A stretch of 64,000 nt of DNA, taken from an uncultured Acidimicrobiaceae bacterium. Lineage in GTDB: Bacteria > Actinomycetota > Acidimicrobiia > Acidimicrobiales > RAAP-2. Shown in pieces: positions 61,686 to 64,000 of this stretch. The stretch's first letter is position 1, and each line of letters opens with the position of its first letter. The translations under genes and the position numbers were made by a program. The notes below the pieces were generated by a model, which had not been told where the DNA came from, made no database searches, and was given only the letters and a program-made list of their open reading frames with translations. The DNA lies in the NCBI GenBank assembly GCA_963744225.1, contig CAVUSV010000002.1, positions 40,402 through 104,401 of the forward strand. The letters run 5' to 3'.

Positions 61686-62309
61686 TCATGGCGTCGAGGT
61701 TGCAGTGGTGGTCGAAGCACCGCCCGCCGTGGCTGTACTCGATGCCGCAGGCGGCGCCGTCGTGCCCGTGGGCGCACTCGTTCCTGTGCTGGTTGCCGCG
61801 GGTGGCGTCGTTGTCGGGGGCGGTGCGGGCGCCGGCGTCACCTTGGGGGTAGGCAACGGAACGGCCAATGAGACGTAGGGGAGCTCGACGATGTTCGCCG
61901 GTCGGACCATGTGCAGTTGGCCCAAAGCCGCTGCCACGATCCTGGTCGGTGTCTCGAGCTGGGCAACAGCCAGTTCGCTTTGCCGGTGCGCGCTCTGTTG
62001 CAACGCGAGTTCATGTTGCAGCGTCGAGAGCTTGACCTGGCCCTTGGCGAGGAGCGCCTGTCCCACGACGACAGCCAGCAATGCAGCGACCACCATCGAG
62101 ATCGACACGACGTTGAGGAGCCTCCCTTGCGTGAGGGGCGCCCGCTTCTGTCTCGTCTTGGACCGCGTACGACCGGGGACGACACGCAGCGGCGCACGGC
62201 GTGGCGCCGGTGCCTCGGCACCACGGCCCCAGCGACGCGACGGGCTCGATGCCAAAGCGCTCGAGTGCCGACGAGACGGCGCGGCCGTGGCAGCGGAGGG
62301 AGGCGCCAT
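61686..62309 (-). CDS. ftsL: FtsL-like septation protein (single TM, coiled coil, Pro/Thr/Ala-rich tail)
   Basis: Sits between rsmH and ftsI. TM LLNVVSISMVVAALLAVVVGQALL is followed by LSTLQHELALQQSAHRQSELAVAQL. The ATG shares one base with the rsmH stop. Confidence 0.65.
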   Translation of the reverse strand: MAPPSAATAAPSRRHSSALASSPSRRWGRGAEAPAPRRAPLRVVPGRTRSKTRQKRAPLTQGRLLNVVSISMVVAALLAVVVGQALLAKGQVKLSTLQHELALQQSAHRQSELAVAQLETPTRIVAAALGQLHMVRPANIVELPYVSLAVPLPTPKVTPAPAPPPTTTPPAATSTGTSAPTGTTAPPAASSTATAGGASTTTATSTP

Positions 62310-63250
62310 CAGGCCGGGTCTGGTTCGGTGCGGACCATGGCGCGCAGCCGAGCACTCTCGGCGCGCGGGTTTGCGGCGACCTCAGCCGGCAACGGCTTGC
62401 GGGCGCCGCGGAAGACCAGCCGGTGACGGGCGACGGCACCACAGACACAGGGGAGGCCCGGAGGGCACACGCACCCACCGGACGCGGCCTCGGCGAACGC
62501 CCGCTTGGTGAGGCGATCCTCGCCCGAGTGATAGCTGATCACCGCGCACACACCCCCGACCGCAAGGTGCGAGAGGGCGACGGGCAACGCAGCGGCGAGT
62601 TGACCCAACTCGTCATTGACCTCGATGCGGAGCGCCTGGAACACTCGACGCGCCGGGTGGCCTTTGCGGCGGACCGCTGCAGGTACGGCTGATGACACGA
62701 CTTCGGCCAGTTCCCTCGTCGAGGTGAGTGGCCGGGCCCCCACGACCGCTCGGGCAATACGCCCGGACAGCCGCCCTTCTCCGTTCTCTCGGAACAGCGC
62801 CGCCAGGGATGTCTCCGGAAGGCTGTTCACCAATTCGGCCGCCGTCATCCCGGTGGTTTGATCCATCCGCATGTCGAGCGGGCCGTCCTCGCGAAACGAG
62901 AAACCCCGCTCCACCAGGTCGAGCTGGGGCGAGCTGACGCCGAGGTCGAAGAGGACCCCCGACAGGGTTCCGAAGTCGGGGGCCGACAGGATCGTATCGA
63001 GTGACGCGAACGGGGCCTGGACGAGCCGGGCCCGTTCTTCGTAGACAGACAGCCGCGCCATCGCGGCCTCGAGTGCCGCGGCGTCCCGATCCAGCCCGAC
63101 GATCCGCAACGCTGGATAGGACTCCAGCAGCGCAGCCGCGTGCCCTCCCCCGCCCACGGTCGCGTCAACGACCACGCCGGGGGGGACCGATGCGAACAGC
63201 GAGACCACCTCGTCGCGCAGCACGGGAATGTGTTCGAACGAGTGGGCCAT
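62309..63250 (-). CDS. rsmH: 16S rRNA (cytosine1402-N4)-methyltransferase
   Basis: From MAHSFEHIPVLRDEV: DATVGGGGHA, DLGVSSPQLD, GPLDMRM and SYHSGEDR. The in-frame ORF extension to 63901 is rejected. Confidence 0.9.
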   Translation of the reverse strand: MAHSFEHIPVLRDEVVSLFASVPPGVVVDATVGGGGHAAALLESYPALRIVGLDRDAAALEAAMARLSVYEERARLVQAPFASLDTILSAPDFGTLSGVLFDLGVSSPQLDLVERGFSFREDGPLDMRMDQTTGMTAAELVNSLPETSLAALFRENGEGRLSGRIARAVVGARPLTSTRELAEVVSSAVPAAVRRKGHPARRVFQALRIEVNDELGQLAAALPVALSHLAVGGVCAVISYHSGEDRLTKRAFAEAASGGCVCPPGLPCVCGAVARHRLVFRGARKPLPAEVAANPRAESARLRAMVRTEPDPA

Positions 63251-63465
63251 CTGCAGCCCCCCGGCCGGTGGGTCGAGAGGGAGGTGGAGGTCCGGACGAC
63301 CAGCTAGGAAGAGGGTGGAGTGGCCTTCCAGCGTGCCGGTCGAGGAGCTGCACATGGTCCAGTGCGTTCGTCGCGTCTGTGTCGTCGGGGTCAGGGTCCT
63401 GTCGTTGGTCTGTTCGACTGTCCTTTCGTTTGTCGTTTCATCTGTCCTTTGCTGCGTCCAGGTCG

Positions 63466-63885
63466 TTAGTCCTCGTCGTCCCCGAGAAGCCAGTTCTCCT
63501 CCGGGAGCACCCGTTCGGCCCACGCCGCCGGGTTCCACAGTTCGACCCGATCGATGGCGCCGTGTACGAGCACCTCGGTATCCAGTCGAGCGAACGCGCG
63601 CAGGTGAGAGGGAATCGGCATGCGTCCCTGCCGATCGATCTCGACATCGGCTGAGTTCGATGCCCAGATCCGCGCCCGGTTGCGATCGGAGCGACTCGAG
63701 CCTGCTCGCCCCTGCATGTTCTCCATCTGACGCTCGAACTCCCCCGGTGTCCACAGGGCGAGGCAACCCTCGGAGTTCTGGGTGAGATAGCCGCCCCGGT
63801 CGAACTGGGCACGGAACTTCGCGGGCAGGATCACCCTGCCCTTCGTGTCGAGCGAATGCTCGTACCTTCCTACGAAGCCTGCCAC
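63466..63885 (-). CDS. mraZ: Transcriptional regulator MraZ
   Basis: FVGRYEHSLDTKGRVILPAKFR and a second SpoVT/AbrB-like repeat VEIDRQGRMPIPSHLR. GTG start with a GGGAGA RBS. Confidence 0.9.
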   Translation of the reverse strand: MAGFVGRYEHSLDTKGRVILPAKFRAQFDRGGYLTQNSEGCLALWTPGEFERQMENMQGRAGSSRSDRNRARIWASNSADVEIDRQGRMPIPSHLRAFARLDTEVLVHGAIDRVELWNPAAWAERVLPEENWLLGDDED

Positions 63886-63939
63886 CAGCTGGGTCTCCCA
63901 CGTCGCTCCCTGGTCTGCGTCCTTTGACGCCCCCTTAAA

Positions 63940-63985
63940 CCACTTCGCACCACTCTAAACCCTTTTCCTCCACTGCACAACCACT
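63940..63985 (-). promoter_or_regulatory. Four phased AGTGG direct repeats (candidate MraZ operator)
   Basis: CCACT on the plus strand at 63940, 63950, 63970 and 63981, with spacings of 10, 20 and 11 bp. The repeats overlap the predicted -10 and abut the -35. Confidence 0.45.
63952..63980 (-). promoter_or_regulatory. Predicted sigma-70-type promoter of the mraZ/dcw operon (-35 TTGTGC, 17-nt spacer, -10 TAGAGT)
   Basis: The minus strand reads TTGTGC (63980-63975), then agtggaggaaaagggtt, then TAGAGT (63957-63952). This predicts a leader of about 60 nt before the mraZ GTG. Confidence 0.45.
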
Positions 63986-64000
63986 AGCACCCCCAAGCAA

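Overview
High-GC actinobacterial core chromosome (roughly two-thirds or more G+C by eye), almost entirely coding, with about 65 protein genes and most of them on the minus strand. From right to left it holds the division and cell-wall (dcw) cluster mraZ-rsmH-ftsL-ftsI-murE-mraY-ftsW-murG-murC-murB-ftsQ-ftsZ-yggS-sepF-yggT-divIVA. Next come a DksA-like gene, lspA, rluD, a sigma factor, a histidine phosphatase, rrf2, an alkaline-phosphatase-family gene, the proteasome activator bpa and dnaE. These are followed by two conserved hypotheticals, a DUF255 thioredoxin-domain gene, and an ECF41 sigma module (SDR, CMD, sigma). Further left are the menaquinone genes menE, menB, menA, menH and menD, a DUF222-HNH endonuclease, a carotenoid-oxygenase homologue and tyrS. 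A few small or uncharacterised genes separate these from a long same-strand block: aroC-aroK-aroB-aroQ-pepQ-efp-nusB-pyrR-pyrB-pyrC-carA-carB-pyrD-pyrF-mihF-gmk-rpoZ-coaBC-metK. I recognised no rRNA, tRNA, CRISPR array, transposon or prophage. I found no convincing new multi-gene system; this looks like ordinary, highly syntenic housekeeping DNA. Five observations deserve a second look. (1) There are 13, possibly 14, single-nucleotide frame breaks in conserved and mostly essential genes, most likely assembly indels. (2) A TANNNT -10 hexamer sits 6-8 nt upstream of ATG/GTG at 12 starts, implying leaderless transcripts, and one palindromic -10 is shared by divergent menB and menE. (3) An ECF41 sigma module carries an exact TGTCACA-N16-CGTC promoter. 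(4) The dcw cluster lacks murF and murD. (5) Phased GTGG repeats overlap a predicted mraZ promoter. Start codons are inferred from homology, RBS or -10 geometry, and 4-nt stop/start overlaps. The ORF track reports the longest ATG/GTG/TTG ORF, which is often too long.
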